Below, one piece after another: positions 20,326 through 30,961 of a stretch of 64,000 bases of DNA. Below the pieces are notes generated by a model. It was not told where the DNA came from, did no database searches, and was given only the letters and a program-made list of their open reading frames with translations. The first letter of the stretch is position 1. Every line of letters starts with the position of its first letter. This DNA is from Nostoc sp. DedSLP01 (GTDB lineage: Bacteria; Cyanobacteriota; Cyanobacteriia; Cyanobacteriales; Nostocaceae), in assembly GCA_034530875.2 (NCBI GenBank), contig JAVRCJ020000001.1, positions 192,001 through 256,000 of the forward strand, in the 5' to 3' direction. Both the position numbers and the translations under genes were made by a program.

Positions 20326-21073
20326 TTAACGTTTCTGGTAAATATGAAACTTTGACAGTAAAAAGTTTTTCATAAGTTTTTTATTCCCTTCTATGCCAAT
20401 CTGTTCAAATCCAGACTGCTCCATCAATTGTTTTGTTTGATTGCTATCAAGAATTAACAAATCAGCAGTTGTATCGCTAATTATTTCACCATTGTTTTCT
20501 CTGAGCCATATATACTGCTTCTTAACACCTGTATCTGTTTTTGAAACTTTGACCTGATGGATTATGTCTCCTGGTAATTTTTCTACTCTATCTATATGCA
20601 TACCTTGAGCACTCAGAACCAATAGACCATTCATTTTGAGATGTTCAGCAACACGCCTTAATGCTATTACATTATTCTCAATACTATTAATACTACTAGA
20701 TAGTAAGTATTCATTGTCGTTATTTGTATCTAAAAAAAACCAAACGCCGCTATTTGAATAAGCTAGATCGAAACTCTCTTCCAGTTGCATATTAAGAACA
20801 TCAGATTCGACTAACTTAATTTTATTTCCCAGTCGTTTTTTTGCTACATCTAGCATTTGTTTAGAAATATCAATTCCTGTAAAGTTACAATTCGGTTTTA
20901 GTTTTAAGACTCTTTCTGCTACTAAACCTGTACCTACTCCTATCTCTAGGATATTATTAGAGTCTCTAAATTATAGGAAACAGAGATTTAACAACTTCAT
21001 CGTGGTACTCAGTGTAAATATATTGAAATAATAAATCGTAATAGTTTGCTGGATTGTCGGCAAATTTATTCAT
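20326..21073 (-). pseudogene. Class I SAM methyltransferase, frameshifted
   Basis: ATG 21073 MNKFADNPANYYDLLF stops at about 20966. Motif I ILEIGVGTG and GIDIS are in the frame of the 20326-20856 ORF, so one extra base lies near 20970. Confidence 0.75.
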
Positions 21074-21237
21074 AAAACCCTCGTCAAAGTCGCCACTCGA
21101 AGCGAAGAAATTTTATAAGTAGGTATTAATTATACTGGACTTTAGACTAAAGTCGATTGCTTTAGCATGTTTGAAGATTTGTAATTCTACATCCATTACT
21201 CTACTTAACTTTTATTTAGAAGATGATAGAAGAGAGT

Positions 21238-21265
21238 TAGAAACGTTGCAATTGCAACGTCTCTA
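21238..21265. repeat. REP-like palindrome downstream of the GHL10 gene
   Basis: TAGAAACGTTGCAATTGCAACGTCTCTA, 1 mismatch. Confidence 0.65.
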
Positions 21266-21287
21266 CATCTTGATTTATACTTTTCTC

Positions 21288-23534
21288 TTACCGCCGAATG
21301 CGAAAACCTTGTTTTCCATTAACTTGGTCAAAAAGTACATCGTATTTATCAAAAAATGCAATTCCAGGATTTACAAATATACCCAGTTGTGACTGTGGCG
21401 ATACACTCAAATTCCAGCGATTAAAGCCGTCGCGGTTTCCTGGTTTTAGACTGTAATCAAAAATGCCATTCATTGCAACTTTCACAGTATTTGCTGCACC
21501 TAATACTCCTGGTTTGAGTTTTCCGGCTGTGGAAGCTGATTTGAATTCAGCCAAACCATTAATACTTCCAGTATCAGCGATCGCTGTTGCATTACAAGAG
21601 TTTTTCGCAGAACTGCCAGCAAGAGTTAAACAAACTTTGCTCAGTCGAGAGTCCCATCTATTACCGGGTACGGCGTTAATTTGAGGTTGTTGAGTCCAAG
21701 AAGCCATTTTGAAACCTGCTTGATTTTCAGCAGTTAAACCCAGAATTAAGCTGCCATTTTTGTTAGTACCGCCATTTCCCGTGACGATAAATCCGTTATT
21801 CAAATTGCCTGCTAATTTTCTCAACGGGTTATAAGGAAGTGACTTTTCAGAATAGTTGACACCAATAACGCCGGAAAATGGTACGCCACTATTAGCCGAA
21901 CATTTAGGTTTTTGGGGAGTACATTGGCGGCTAGTAACAATTTGTACGGGAACGGGTTCGGCGGTGGGAATCAAACCAAACCGGACGTTAGCATAAACTA
22001 GTTCGCCTTCTAGGATAGTACCATCGCTTAATACCTCCTTGATGTTTTCACCTGTTCTTTGGATGGGAGAATTACCTAAAAACTCTTGGGGAACTCTCAG
22101 CCCTGCTGACCCTGTATCTAATAAAACACGTTTTGGCTGACCATTGGCGATCGCCACTTCCAAAAAATAGCCCCGAACGCGTTGGCCGAGGGAAGGTTTT
22201 GGATATAAAGGCAAGGATACCGTATTAAAAGTTGGCTGGCGGGGTGTATTTTGAGAGATATCGCGCACTGCCGAATTGCGAAAAAGAGCCGCAAATATCT
22301 GCTGGCGTTGGTCTGCTGGTTCGGGTGCGATATCCCAAAGGCTTTCGTAGTAGAAAAAGCCGATACCTAAACCGCGCTGTTGCGCTGCTGCTACCTGGGA
22401 TTGGATTTGTGCAATGGAAACTGGGCGATTTCGTAACCCTGCCATAATACCGATACCAGTCGGGATAACTTGCTGGGTTTCTAAAATTTCTGGGCGGGTA
22501 ATTTGACCGATAAAACTTTCTAAATCGTTACGGTACACCTGCATTACCAATTCATCGACAATGCCCAAGCGTACCCAGTTCAGCCAGTCTTGCAGTTGTA
22601 GCTTGTAAGCAAAATCATAGTAATTGGGAGCAACCGAAAAAATTGCATTCGGTTTTCGGGCTTTCACACTTTGGTAGAGGTCTACCATGAAAGCAGTAAT
22701 TTTATCTGCCCGCCATTTTATCCATGCTTGGGCTTGGGGATTGGGTGGAGGAGGATTGCCAGTTTCTTGAGTATATAGATTAATTGTGTACTTATCGTAA
22801 CCAAAATCTACGGGTAAACTCGTATGGTCGTCAAATTGAACGCCATCAGGATTGTATTTGCCGATGACTTCGAGGACGAGTTCGCGGATAAAGTTTTGCA
22901 CTTCCGGGTGAAAGGGATTCAACCAAGCTACTTCACCGGCAGCACTAATTGAAGTTTGAGTTCCATCCTGCTTTTGTGTTAGCCAATTTGGATGTTGTGA
23001 TGCCAGTTCCGAGGTTAGAGGAACCATGAAACCAAATTCAAACCAGGGTATTGCTAGTAACCCTTGGCTGCGGGCTTGGGCGATAATGTCTGCAATTACA
23101 TCTTGCCCCTCTGCTCCTTTGAAGAAAAAAGGAATGCCCTCTTTCTGCATGATGGCGCTGGGGTATTGGGTATAGCCATCATTCCAAACTACGGGATAAA
23201 CAGTATTAAAGTTTAATTGCCGCAGTTGGCTCATCGCTGCTTGCACCTGGGAACGATTTCTAAAAACGCTAAAATCGTTACCACTGAGCCACACTCCCCG
23301 AATTTCCTGACGAGGTAGTTGGGCAACAGCAGGAGCAAAGCTGTTAAGTTGCAATACTGCAAGGAATGATATCAGACATAATACTGGCAGCAGACGCTTT
23401 CTTAAAAGCCACCAAGCCTGATGCATCAAAGGTAATGTTAAACATATAAGTACCCTTCTGCGAATAGGCTGAAATAGGAAGTTATTTAGAGTCGCACTAA
23501 TTTCTCTGCTTTTTTCCCAAAACTGAGTTGTCAT
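21288..23534 (-). CDS. GHL10 (DUF187) glycoside hydrolase-like protein fused to a pepsin-like (DUF3443-like) domain
   Basis: EIRGVW, PWFEFG, WLNPFHPEVQ, DGVQFDDH in the GH part; VLLDTGS and AIADTGS in the C-terminal part. True start may be downstream, near the hydrophobic signal-like segment. Confidence 0.8.
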   Translation of the reverse strand: MTTQFWEKSREISATLNNFLFQPIRRRVLICLTLPLMHQAWWLLRKRLLPVLCLISFLAVLQLNSFAPAVAQLPRQEIRGVWLSGNDFSVFRNRSQVQAAMSQLRQLNFNTVYPVVWNDGYTQYPSAIMQKEGIPFFFKGAEGQDVIADIIAQARSQGLLAIPWFEFGFMVPLTSELASQHPNWLTQKQDGTQTSISAAGEVAWLNPFHPEVQNFIRELVLEVIGKYNPDGVQFDDHTSLPVDFGYDKYTINLYTQETGNPPPPNPQAQAWIKWRADKITAFMVDLYQSVKARKPNAIFSVAPNYYDFAYKLQLQDWLNWVRLGIVDELVMQVYRNDLESFIGQITRPEILETQQVIPTGIGIMAGLRNRPVSIAQIQSQVAAAQQRGLGIGFFYYESLWDIAPEPADQRQQIFAALFRNSAVRDISQNTPRQPTFNTVSLPLYPKPSLGQRVRGYFLEVAIANGQPKRVLLDTGSAGLRVPQEFLGNSPIQRTGENIKEVLSDGTILEGELVYANVRFGLIPTAEPVPVQIVTSRQCTPQKPKCSANSGVPFSGVIGVNYSEKSLPYNPLRKLAGNLNNGFIVTGNGGTNKNGSLILGLTAENQAGFKMASWTQQPQINAVPGNRWDSRLSKVCLTLAGSSAKNSCNATAIADTGSINGLAEFKSASTAGKLKPGVLGAANTVKVAMNGIFDYSLKPGNRDGFNRWNLSVSPQSQLGIFVNPGIAFFDKYDVLFDQVNGKQGFRIRR

Positions 23535-23689
23535 TACTTCTAGTTACTCAACGTCGGTTAATTGGTTACATTTGATTCCATAAAAACATTAAATTGCTAC
23601 ACCAGGGAAACTGATACAGCAATTTAGCAGCGAAATAGTTGACGCAGTTATCGGGTTAGTAGTGCCAATCCTGCTATATATAGCAAGGA

Positions 23690-23790
23690 ACTGGGGAGAG
23701 GCGGAGATGGGGAGTGTAGGCAGAAACAGAATTTATGCCCCCTCTCTTCCCACACCTCCCACACCTCCCACACTCCCTGCTTGCCCCATA
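23690..23790. repeat. STRR 9-mer region (CCCACACCT)
   Basis: G-rich then C-rich degenerate tandem repeats. Confidence 0.55.
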
Positions 23791-23791
23791 T

Positions 23792-25438
23792 TCATTGATT
23801 AATAATTGTTGATGCTGGGTGCAATTTTGCTTGATAAACTTTCACTAATCGATCGATACCTTTAAAGCGATAATCTCCCATTTCTTGGAAGCCTTCGGGG
23901 TCTGAAATCATTGCATAAGTTGCTTCACTAATGACGCATTCACTTGGAGGACAAACTCCTTCCATACGAGCTGCAAGATTAATTGTTGCGCCTAATGCTG
24001 TATAGTCTACCCTTTGGGAACTACCAACATCTCCGACAACGGCTTTACCACTATTTATTGCAATGCGTAGTTGTAGGGGTTCTTGCCAAAAGTTATTGGC
24101 ATTGAGATGTTGAAGGCGAGTTAGCATTCCTTTGGCAGCAGCGACGGCGCGATCGGCGTGATCGAACTGCGGTTCTGGAGCGCCAAAAAATGCCATGATA
24201 CAATCGCCAATATATTTATCTAAAGTGCCGCCGCAAGTAAATACTTCTTTGAGCATTTCTTCAAATAAATTATTTAATAGTTGAGCGATCGCAGTTGGTG
24301 TTAATCTTTCTGAAATTGCTGTAAAACCGACTAAATCTGCAAACAAAATACTAATTTCACTCTCTGCTGGCGCTAAACGTCCATCTGGCGAAGCACCTAC
24401 AGCTATCAACTGCTGTACGACTGCTGGAGAATGATAGCGTTCTAGTCGATGACGAATTACTTCTTCAGTTTTCAGTTTCTCTGCCAGCAACCAACGCTGG
24501 ACGCTAGAAGCCACAAGGTTGGCTAAAGCTGAAAAAAAGCTCAGTTCTTCCTCGCCTTCATTTGCCCAATGGTAAGAGGAAAGATTGGCATCGGCATAAA
24601 GAACGCCCACAACTTTATTTTCATCCCATAAAGGCACTGCCATTGCACTGCGAATGCCTTTGACTAAAATACTCTGTTCGCTAGCAAACCGTTCGTCCTG
24701 ATGAGTATCGCCGGTTTGAATCACGACTTTTTCTTCAAATACCTTTTGACAGATGCTACGACTAATCCAACTGCCATCGGCGGGAAGATGTTTTTGTTGG
24801 GCAACATTCCTCGTAGCAGCATTCACTAACTCTAAGTGTCCGCCACTATTGACATCAATTAATAATGCCAAGCGTTCGATGCTATCAAGGTAACGAAATA
24901 CAACTTGTTGAACTTGGGAAAAAATCTCTTCTATAGATGCCGCCGCACAGAGATTTTTGGCGATATCAACTAAATCCTTGAGGCGGGCAATGGTTTTATC
25001 TTTATTGCTGATGTTGCCATCTTTACTATCGGCTGCAATCCACTGCTGTTGTAATTGTTCGACGTTATGAAGAATTGTTCTTTGCTCGTTAGTGTCCGAA
25101 TTTGAGGCTAACTCTGGTACTGATGTCGATTGGGAAACAGGACTTGTGAGCAGCACTACCAGGCTAACATTACCGAGCCAAACAACATCGCCGTGATGTA
25201 ACTCTTGGGGAAAGTTTACTAAATACTTATTTACTTGCGTGCCGTTTTTGCTGCCCAGATCTTCAATAGTCCACCTCCCATCGGTCGTTTTTGAAATACG
25301 AGCATGGGTGCGGGATACTCCACCAAAAGGTAAGTACAAGTTACATTCTGGCAAACGACCAATTGTAAATATATCTTGGTCAACTGCGATGGTTGTCTCA
25401 GTATCTCCCTCTTGTAGGCGTAACGTGAGTTCAGTCAT
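23792..25438 (-). CDS. cyaD: FHA-GAF class III adenylate cyclase
   Basis: FHA (IGR..VSRTHA..DLGSKNGT), GAF, FADLVGFT, DKYIGD, NLAARME. Confidence 0.9.
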   Translation of the reverse strand: MTELTLRLQEGDTETTIAVDQDIFTIGRLPECNLYLPFGGVSRTHARISKTTDGRWTIEDLGSKNGTQVNKYLVNFPQELHHGDVVWLGNVSLVVLLTSPVSQSTSVPELASNSDTNEQRTILHNVEQLQQQWIAADSKDGNISNKDKTIARLKDLVDIAKNLCAAASIEEIFSQVQQVVFRYLDSIERLALLIDVNSGGHLELVNAATRNVAQQKHLPADGSWISRSICQKVFEEKVVIQTGDTHQDERFASEQSILVKGIRSAMAVPLWDENKVVGVLYADANLSSYHWANEGEEELSFFSALANLVASSVQRWLLAEKLKTEEVIRHRLERYHSPAVVQQLIAVGASPDGRLAPAESEISILFADLVGFTAISERLTPTAIAQLLNNLFEEMLKEVFTCGGTLDKYIGDCIMAFFGAPEPQFDHADRAVAAAKGMLTRLQHLNANNFWQEPLQLRIAINSGKAVVGDVGSSQRVDYTALGATINLAARMEGVCPPSECVISEATYAMISDPEGFQEMGDYRFKGIDRLVKVYQAKLHPASTIINQ

Positions 25439-26251
25439 GAGCGTGATAGATCCATTGAAGCTACAAATGCAAGCAACTCTTGGCTAGGTTATAACCTACA
25501 AGTTAACTCTTCACCTTTTCTTTATGACACTGTTAACCGCATTCCGACAACTGTGTGTATTTAATCTTACAATAAATATAATATGAGCATTTCTAGCCGA
25601 AAATTAGTGTCAACTTCAGCTAAAATCCTGTAAAAGTCTTGCTAAATCTCGTTTATAGCTGTTGGCAAACTGGCGATCGCTACCTTGCCTATGCCAATAA
25701 CTTTGAAGTCCGTTAAAACTATTCATCATAGCTTGATAAATTCTTCATAAATTTGAGGAATATAAGCCAGTAGATATAGCATTCGTCTTTTATTGAGACT
25801 TTTTACATAAGTTGCAAAAGGCTAGAAAAAATCTTTTCCCAACTTCTTACTGACTTGGAGAGCCGGAAGTCTTAACAGGGAACAGATAAGAAATAGTTAC
25901 ATACATAGCGATCGAAAACTTCTTCATCGCGACTACCTACTCTCTACAACAACAATCTCTCAACCCCTTGCTTGCAAAACTTGGAATGCGATGTCATTAA
26001 GTAAGAAAAGTAAGAAAAGTAAGATCTTTTGTCAAACTAATTTACTAAGCTGTTGATAAGCTGTATGTTGATATATAGGATAGGTAGTAAGTGATAGACA
26101 AAGTTCTTCTTTAGAGGATGTTTTAAAAAGGTGGCTAAAATATCCAAAATTTTAGACACCTTTACCTCTTTCCTTCCAAAAATAGCTGATATTAAACTTA
26201 CCAAAATAACCCATTACAAAGAAATTTGTAGTTACTGCATAAATAAAAACA

Positions 26252-26776
26252 ATGTGGTTAAGTACGAGAGGAATTAAGTTTTTTAACGATCGCGAATATA
26301 GAGAGTATACAAAAGCTCTTGGTTTGCCTTCCCGTTATGAAATTCGGAGTATTGATTCTTGGTGCAATCCACACGTTAGTTATTCGCACAACTTTCACCT
26401 AGATTCAGCAGACCGAGTTTGGGATTTGCTCGATTGGCTCCCTAGTCCGGCTTCTAGCCAACAATATTATCTCTTGTTTGCAAATCCTAAGAAACACAAT
26501 ATTCCAGAAAATCACCCAAGATTAAAGCTACTGGGATACGATTTAATAGATATCGAGGGCAAGTCATCTTTGTGGCACTATCGACCTTGGATAGGAATGT
26601 TAAAGCCCTCAATTCAAAAAGTTAATCAGTATGGACTATTAACTTTACCAGATGCTATAACTGCTCAAAATATTCTGCCCCAGGCTTGGCAGAATCACCC
26701 CCGTTCTATTGTGAAGATTTGTACTTTGTTTGAAGTCTTACCTTTAAAAGATTTCCAAATAATTACTAATTCGTAA
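26252..26776 (+). CDS. Hypothetical protein
   Basis: 174-aa ORF in otherwise empty space; no recognised motif. Confidence 0.6.
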   Translation: MWLSTRGIKFFNDREYREYTKALGLPSRYEIRSIDSWCNPHVSYSHNFHLDSADRVWDLLDWLPSPASSQQYYLLFANPKKHNIPENHPRLKLLGYDLIDIEGKSSLWHYRPWIGMLKPSIQKVNQYGLLTLPDAITAQNILPQAWQNHPRSIVKICTLFEVLPLKDFQIITNS

Positions 26777-26904
26777 TGGGCTACGCCCCGCTACACTAAC
26801 GTAATTATTGAGTTTTAGTTAGCCACCAAAATCTCCAATTTGGTAATATTGAATTAGGAGGGGCATAGATTCCCAACTAATTCAATTACGAATTACGAAT
26901 TATT
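26760..26904. repeat. AATTACG STRR plus SDR between convergent genes
   Basis: AATTACG repeats and GGGCTACGCCCCGCTAC. Confidence 0.5.
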
Positions 26905-27786
26905 TCAATTTGGTGGTATTTCTAAAGCTATTTCCCCCAATAGTCCCTTGCGAAAATCTGTTAAAAGTTGCCTTGCAGCTCGCTCGACATCACCTTTATA
27001 ACGATGCTCTGCCAAGGCATGTAAATATGCTTCTCCAGTTTCAGATGTGGAATCGAGCTGATAGCGAGACTCTAATGGCTTTTTCGGTAATAAATCTGTG
27101 GCTACAGCTTCCAAATAATTCAGTAAATCTACTAAAGCTGCTGCTACTAGCTGATTATCGTAAGATGCCTCACCGATATCATCGCAAATTGCCAATTTCA
27201 ATGCTGCGTCTTGGTCTTCTAACCTAGCGGGAATAACACCAGGGGCATCAAGTAATTCTAAATGTTCGGAAATTCGTACCCAGCGCAGTTGGCGAGTGAC
27301 TCCGGGACGAGCTGCGCTTTCTACTACTCGCCTTCCTAACAGACGGTTAATCAAAGCCGATTTACCGACATTGGGAAAACCAATTACCACAGCCCGCACT
27401 GGACGGGGTAACATACCGCGATCGCTTCTTCTTTTATTGAGTTCGACTCCAGCCGCTTGTGCTGCCCGTGCCACTTCTGCTATACCTTTACCATGTTGAG
27501 CATTGGTAAAATAAGGGACTTCTCCTTGACGTTTAAACCAATCTACCCATAGCGATCGCATTTGCGGCGTAATCGCATCTACTCGGTTGACTATCAATAC
27601 CCGTGTCTTCCCCTCCACCCACTCAGCTATTTGGGGATGATGAGTCGCTAAGGGAATTCGCGCATCTCTAACCTCAAACACCACATCTACCCGTTTGAGC
27701 TGTTCTTTGAGGTTCTTTTCAGCTTTGGCAATATGACCTGGATACCACTGAATCAGGTTTAACTTATAGTTCTGATTTATACTCAT
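26905..27786 (-). CDS. rbgA: Ribosome biogenesis GTPase YlqF/RbgA
   Basis: IQWYPGH, DARIP, GFPNVGKS, PGVT, LLDAPG. Confidence 0.95.
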   Translation of the reverse strand: MSINQNYKLNLIQWYPGHIAKAEKNLKEQLKRVDVVFEVRDARIPLATHHPQIAEWVEGKTRVLIVNRVDAITPQMRSLWVDWFKRQGEVPYFTNAQHGKGIAEVARAAQAAGVELNKRRSDRGMLPRPVRAVVIGFPNVGKSALINRLLGRRVVESAARPGVTRQLRWVRISEHLELLDAPGVIPARLEDQDAALKLAICDDIGEASYDNQLVAAALVDLLNYLEAVATDLLPKKPLESRYQLDSTSETGEAYLHALAEHRYKGDVERAARQLLTDFRKGLLGEIALEIPPN

Positions 27787-27845
27787 TTATGATTTACCCT
27801 TTATTATTCGCCCTTCGTCAATTATCTTTTGTAAATGACCAATGA

Positions 27846-28289
27846 CTAATGACTCCCTTTAGCTTGATATAAAATCAGACGATTACCATCGGGGTCATAA
27901 GCATAAATTTCTCTGCCGTGGTCAGCAATGGAAATCTTTCCTGGTGGGGGATAGCCTAAGGTGGTTAGGTGAGCGATCGCATCTTCCAAATTACTCACCT
28001 TTAAGCATAAACTTATCTTACTTTTGGCGCGTAGACAAAGCGGCGAGTCACCAGAAATGACTCCAAATTCCGATTCATTTGTCTTCTTTGGTTTAAAAAT
28101 ACCCAATCGCATACTAATCAAATGAAACTCAGCATAGACATTGGGAATCAAAGTAGCTGGCTTTTGCTCGAATAATTTTGTATAAAAGTTCACTAAATCT
28201 TCATAATTAACAGATGCTATGGTGACGAATGCATCAATGTCTGGGAAAACCATATTACTCAATATGTCGGTGGATATATAGTATTCCAA
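27846..28289 (-). CDS. VOC/glyoxalase family protein
   Basis: NFYTKLF and GREIYAYDPDGNRL. Start may be the internal Met at about 28253. Confidence 0.8.
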   Translation of the reverse strand: MEYYISTDILSNMVFPDIDAFVTIASVNYEDLVNFYTKLFEQKPATLIPNVYAEFHLISMRLGIFKPKKTNESEFGVISGDSPLCLRAKSKISLCLKVSNLEDAIAHLTTLGYPPPGKISIADHGREIYAYDPDGNRLILYQAKGSH

Positions 28290-28632
28290 TTTGATTTATA
28301 AATATACTTACGTAAGCACGCAAGAGCCAAAAAGCATAATAATTTTTTCACAAATCAAATAAGATTTCTATTATTAAATATAAAACGCAAACAGGCACAA
28401 TCAGCTTTCTAAGCAACTTTTACGTTTTTTATTTCAGATAGCAAGCTTATACTTATTGCCTTTTGAGCTTTTCATTTTACGTAGCATAAAGAGTCAAAAT
28501 GCTTACTTTACAATAACTTGTTGTAATAGATTGTGCAAATGATGCTACAGTACACGTATTACAGATGTTAATTCTTTGTTAAGAATCCAAGCTAGTCTAA
28601 TCAATGAATGATTCTAATTCTGAAGTTTTGAC

Positions 28633-29337
28633 ATGCTAAATATTAAAACCAGTATCTTCCTCATCGCAGTTATCTGCATCATTGCTACAGGTTTATTAAT
28701 GTATCTATTGGGTGGCGTTAATCCAGTACAAATTCAAACTTGGCTCAAAGCTGCTGGTATTTGGGCACCAATTATTTATATTCTTCTGTATGTTGTAGCA
28801 ACTGTATTGATTTTGCCCTCAACAGCACTCAACTTGACTGGTGGTGCAATTTTTGGCCCGGTATTAGGAACTATTTGGACTAGTTTAGCTGCAATTATTG
28901 CTGCAATTGTTTCTTTTACTTTTACCCGCACTGTTGGACGCGAAGCAGTAGCCAAAAGATTAGCTGGAAAATGGGAAGCGATGGATGCTGAGGTGCGTCG
29001 GGCAGGGTTATTTTATATGTTTGCTATTCGATTGGTAGCAGTTATGCCTTATGGTTTAGTAAACTTCACTGCTGGGCTAACTTCAGTCAGTTTTAAAGAT
29101 TATGTTCTGGGTACAAGCCTGGGTACAGTTCCTGGAGTTCTACCTTTTGTATTACTAGGTAGTTACGGCTTAAAAGCTTTTAGTACAGGTGATTTTTTGC
29201 CAATGATTCTAGCTTTGTCACTAACTGGCGTATTAGTGGTAGCAGCAACATGGTATCGTCGTCGTCGCACATTTCCCTCAAAACAAGTTGAAGCTATTAA
29301 ATCATCAAAAAATAACACAGATACTCAAGATAAATAA
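28633..29337 (+). CDS. TVP38/TMEM64 (DedA/VTT) membrane protein
   Basis: GGAIFG, FTRTVGR, IRLVAVMPY..VNF.AGL motifs. Confidence 0.9.
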   Translation: MLNIKTSIFLIAVICIIATGLLMYLLGGVNPVQIQTWLKAAGIWAPIIYILLYVVATVLILPSTALNLTGGAIFGPVLGTIWTSLAAIIAAIVSFTFTRTVGREAVAKRLAGKWEAMDAEVRRAGLFYMFAIRLVAVMPYGLVNFTAGLTSVSFKDYVLGTSLGTVPGVLPFVLLGSYGLKAFSTGDFLPMILALSLTGVLVVAATWYRRRRTFPSKQVEAIKSSKNNTDTQDK

Positions 29338-29414
29338 ACCAGATTATTTTCATAATTCAAGAGATATTTTATGCCTGTTTCCTCAATTTTCTAATAAATT
29401 AGGAGGTTTAATAG

Positions 29415-30395
29415 ATGGCTTTAAATAAAAATGTAGAACTTTCTGTAGTAGTTCCTATGTACAATGAGGAACCAAACTTAGACTACTTGTTTGAGCGATT
29501 AGTATCAGTATTAGCTCGTTTGAACATGAAATATGAGATTGTGTGTGTGAACGACGGTAGTAAAGATAAGACTCTTCAATGTTTAGTTGAATATCATTAC
29601 CGTAACCCTGCAATTAAGGTAGTTAACTTATCTCGTAACTTTGGCAAAGAAATTGCTCTCACGGCTGGTATTGACTATACAACAGGTGCAGCAGTAGTTC
29701 CAATTGATGCGGATCTCCAAGATCCACCGGAATTAATTGAGGAGCTAATTCGTAAATGGCGTGAAGGTTATGATGTGGTTTATGCAACTCGGCGATCGCG
29801 TCAAGGAGAAAGCTGGACTAAACGCTTCACAGCTAGCGCTTTCTATCAAACTATAAGTAAATTGAGCCAGATTCCCATTCCTCCCAACACGGGAGATTTT
29901 CGTTTGTTGGATCGATGCGTAGTGAATGCTCTCAAACAAATGCCAGAACGCAATCGTTTTATGAAGGGTTTGTTTGCTTGGGTTGGTTTTCGGCAGACCT
30001 CAATATTATACGATCGCCATCAACGTTATAAAGGAAATACTAAGTGGAATTATTGGAAACTTTGGAACTTTGCTATTGATGGGATTGCTGCATTTAGTTT
30101 AATTCCCTTAAAAGTTTGGACTTATCTTGGTCTTGCTATCTCCTTAATTTCATTTTCATACGCCAGTTTTTTAATAATTCGGACTTTGCTTTTTGGAATT
30201 GATATTCCTGGTTATGCTTCTTTAATGGTGGCAGTATTATTTTTAGGGGGAGTGCAATTACTGAGTCTGGGAATGATAGGCGAATATCTTGGAAGAGTTT
30301 ATGATGAAGTAAAAGCGCGGCCGCTGTATTTAGTTCGAGATGCTTACGGGTTTAAGTCTGAATCTCTCAATGAAAAATCTGTTTCTTGTAATTAG
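29415..30395 (+). CDS. GT2 polyprenyl-phosphate glycosyltransferase (GtrB-like)
   Basis: VVPMYNEE, VNDGSKD, SRNFGKE, DADLQDPP, GDFRL and two C-terminal TMs. Confidence 0.92.
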   Translation: MALNKNVELSVVVPMYNEEPNLDYLFERLVSVLARLNMKYEIVCVNDGSKDKTLQCLVEYHYRNPAIKVVNLSRNFGKEIALTAGIDYTTGAAVVPIDADLQDPPELIEELIRKWREGYDVVYATRRSRQGESWTKRFTASAFYQTISKLSQIPIPPNTGDFRLLDRCVVNALKQMPERNRFMKGLFAWVGFRQTSILYDRHQRYKGNTKWNYWKLWNFAIDGIAAFSLIPLKVWTYLGLAISLISFSYASFLIIRTLLFGIDIPGYASLMVAVLFLGGVQLLSLGMIGEYLGRVYDEVKARPLYLVRDAYGFKSESLNEKSVSCN

Positions 30396-30604
30396 CGATC
30401 GCCTGAGAAAATCTTCTATAACAATTACTGGATATTATATTAGCAGCTATAACAAAGTAGCTGTTTTTGCACGCATTTAAAACTGAAATAGCACAATATC
30501 TTTACTGAATATCTACAATCGCAGATGATATAGACCTATTATATCTAAATATTTTTTGATAAAATAAAAATTGTTTTTGTAAGATATAAAACAATAATCT
30601 TATC

Positions 30605-30860
30605 ATACAGCAGTTTTGATTTGCATGAGGTACAAATTAACTGGTTTTGAGGCAGGATAGCGCAGCGTAAAGCCTTCTCTACGAGAGGCTTTGCCAACGG
30701 CATGGCTTCTCTACGAGACGCTACGCGTAGCTTGCTTCCCCGTAGGGGTACGCTTAGAGCGAGTCCGCGAGCGTCGCGTCGGCAGGCGGCAGGAAGTAGA
30801 AGAAGAATTTCTATATTTAATTCTCCAGTTGTGTACCTCATTTAGTTGCAACCTGCTGTA
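30605..30860. repeat. IR-bounded element with multiple nested SDRs
   Basis: TACAGCAG..ATGAGGTACA / TGTACCTCAT..CTGCTGTA ends around a GC-rich palindromic core. Confidence 0.7.
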
Positions 30861-30961
30861 ATTTTTAGAGAGAAATTGCTTAGTATCAGAAAATTCAGTT
30901 AATTACTCTGAATTGATATATTGCAAATAATCTTATTCTTGTACATTTAATAGCTAAGATA

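Noticed and set aside
25439..26251. Long intergenic region upstream of cyaD as a hidden gene or sRNA
   Set aside because: No convincing ORF or structure; only a short AAGTAAGA triple repeat near 25999-26023.
30545..30841. 98-aa minus-strand ORF
   Set aside because: Reads through nested SDR repeats; no protein signal.
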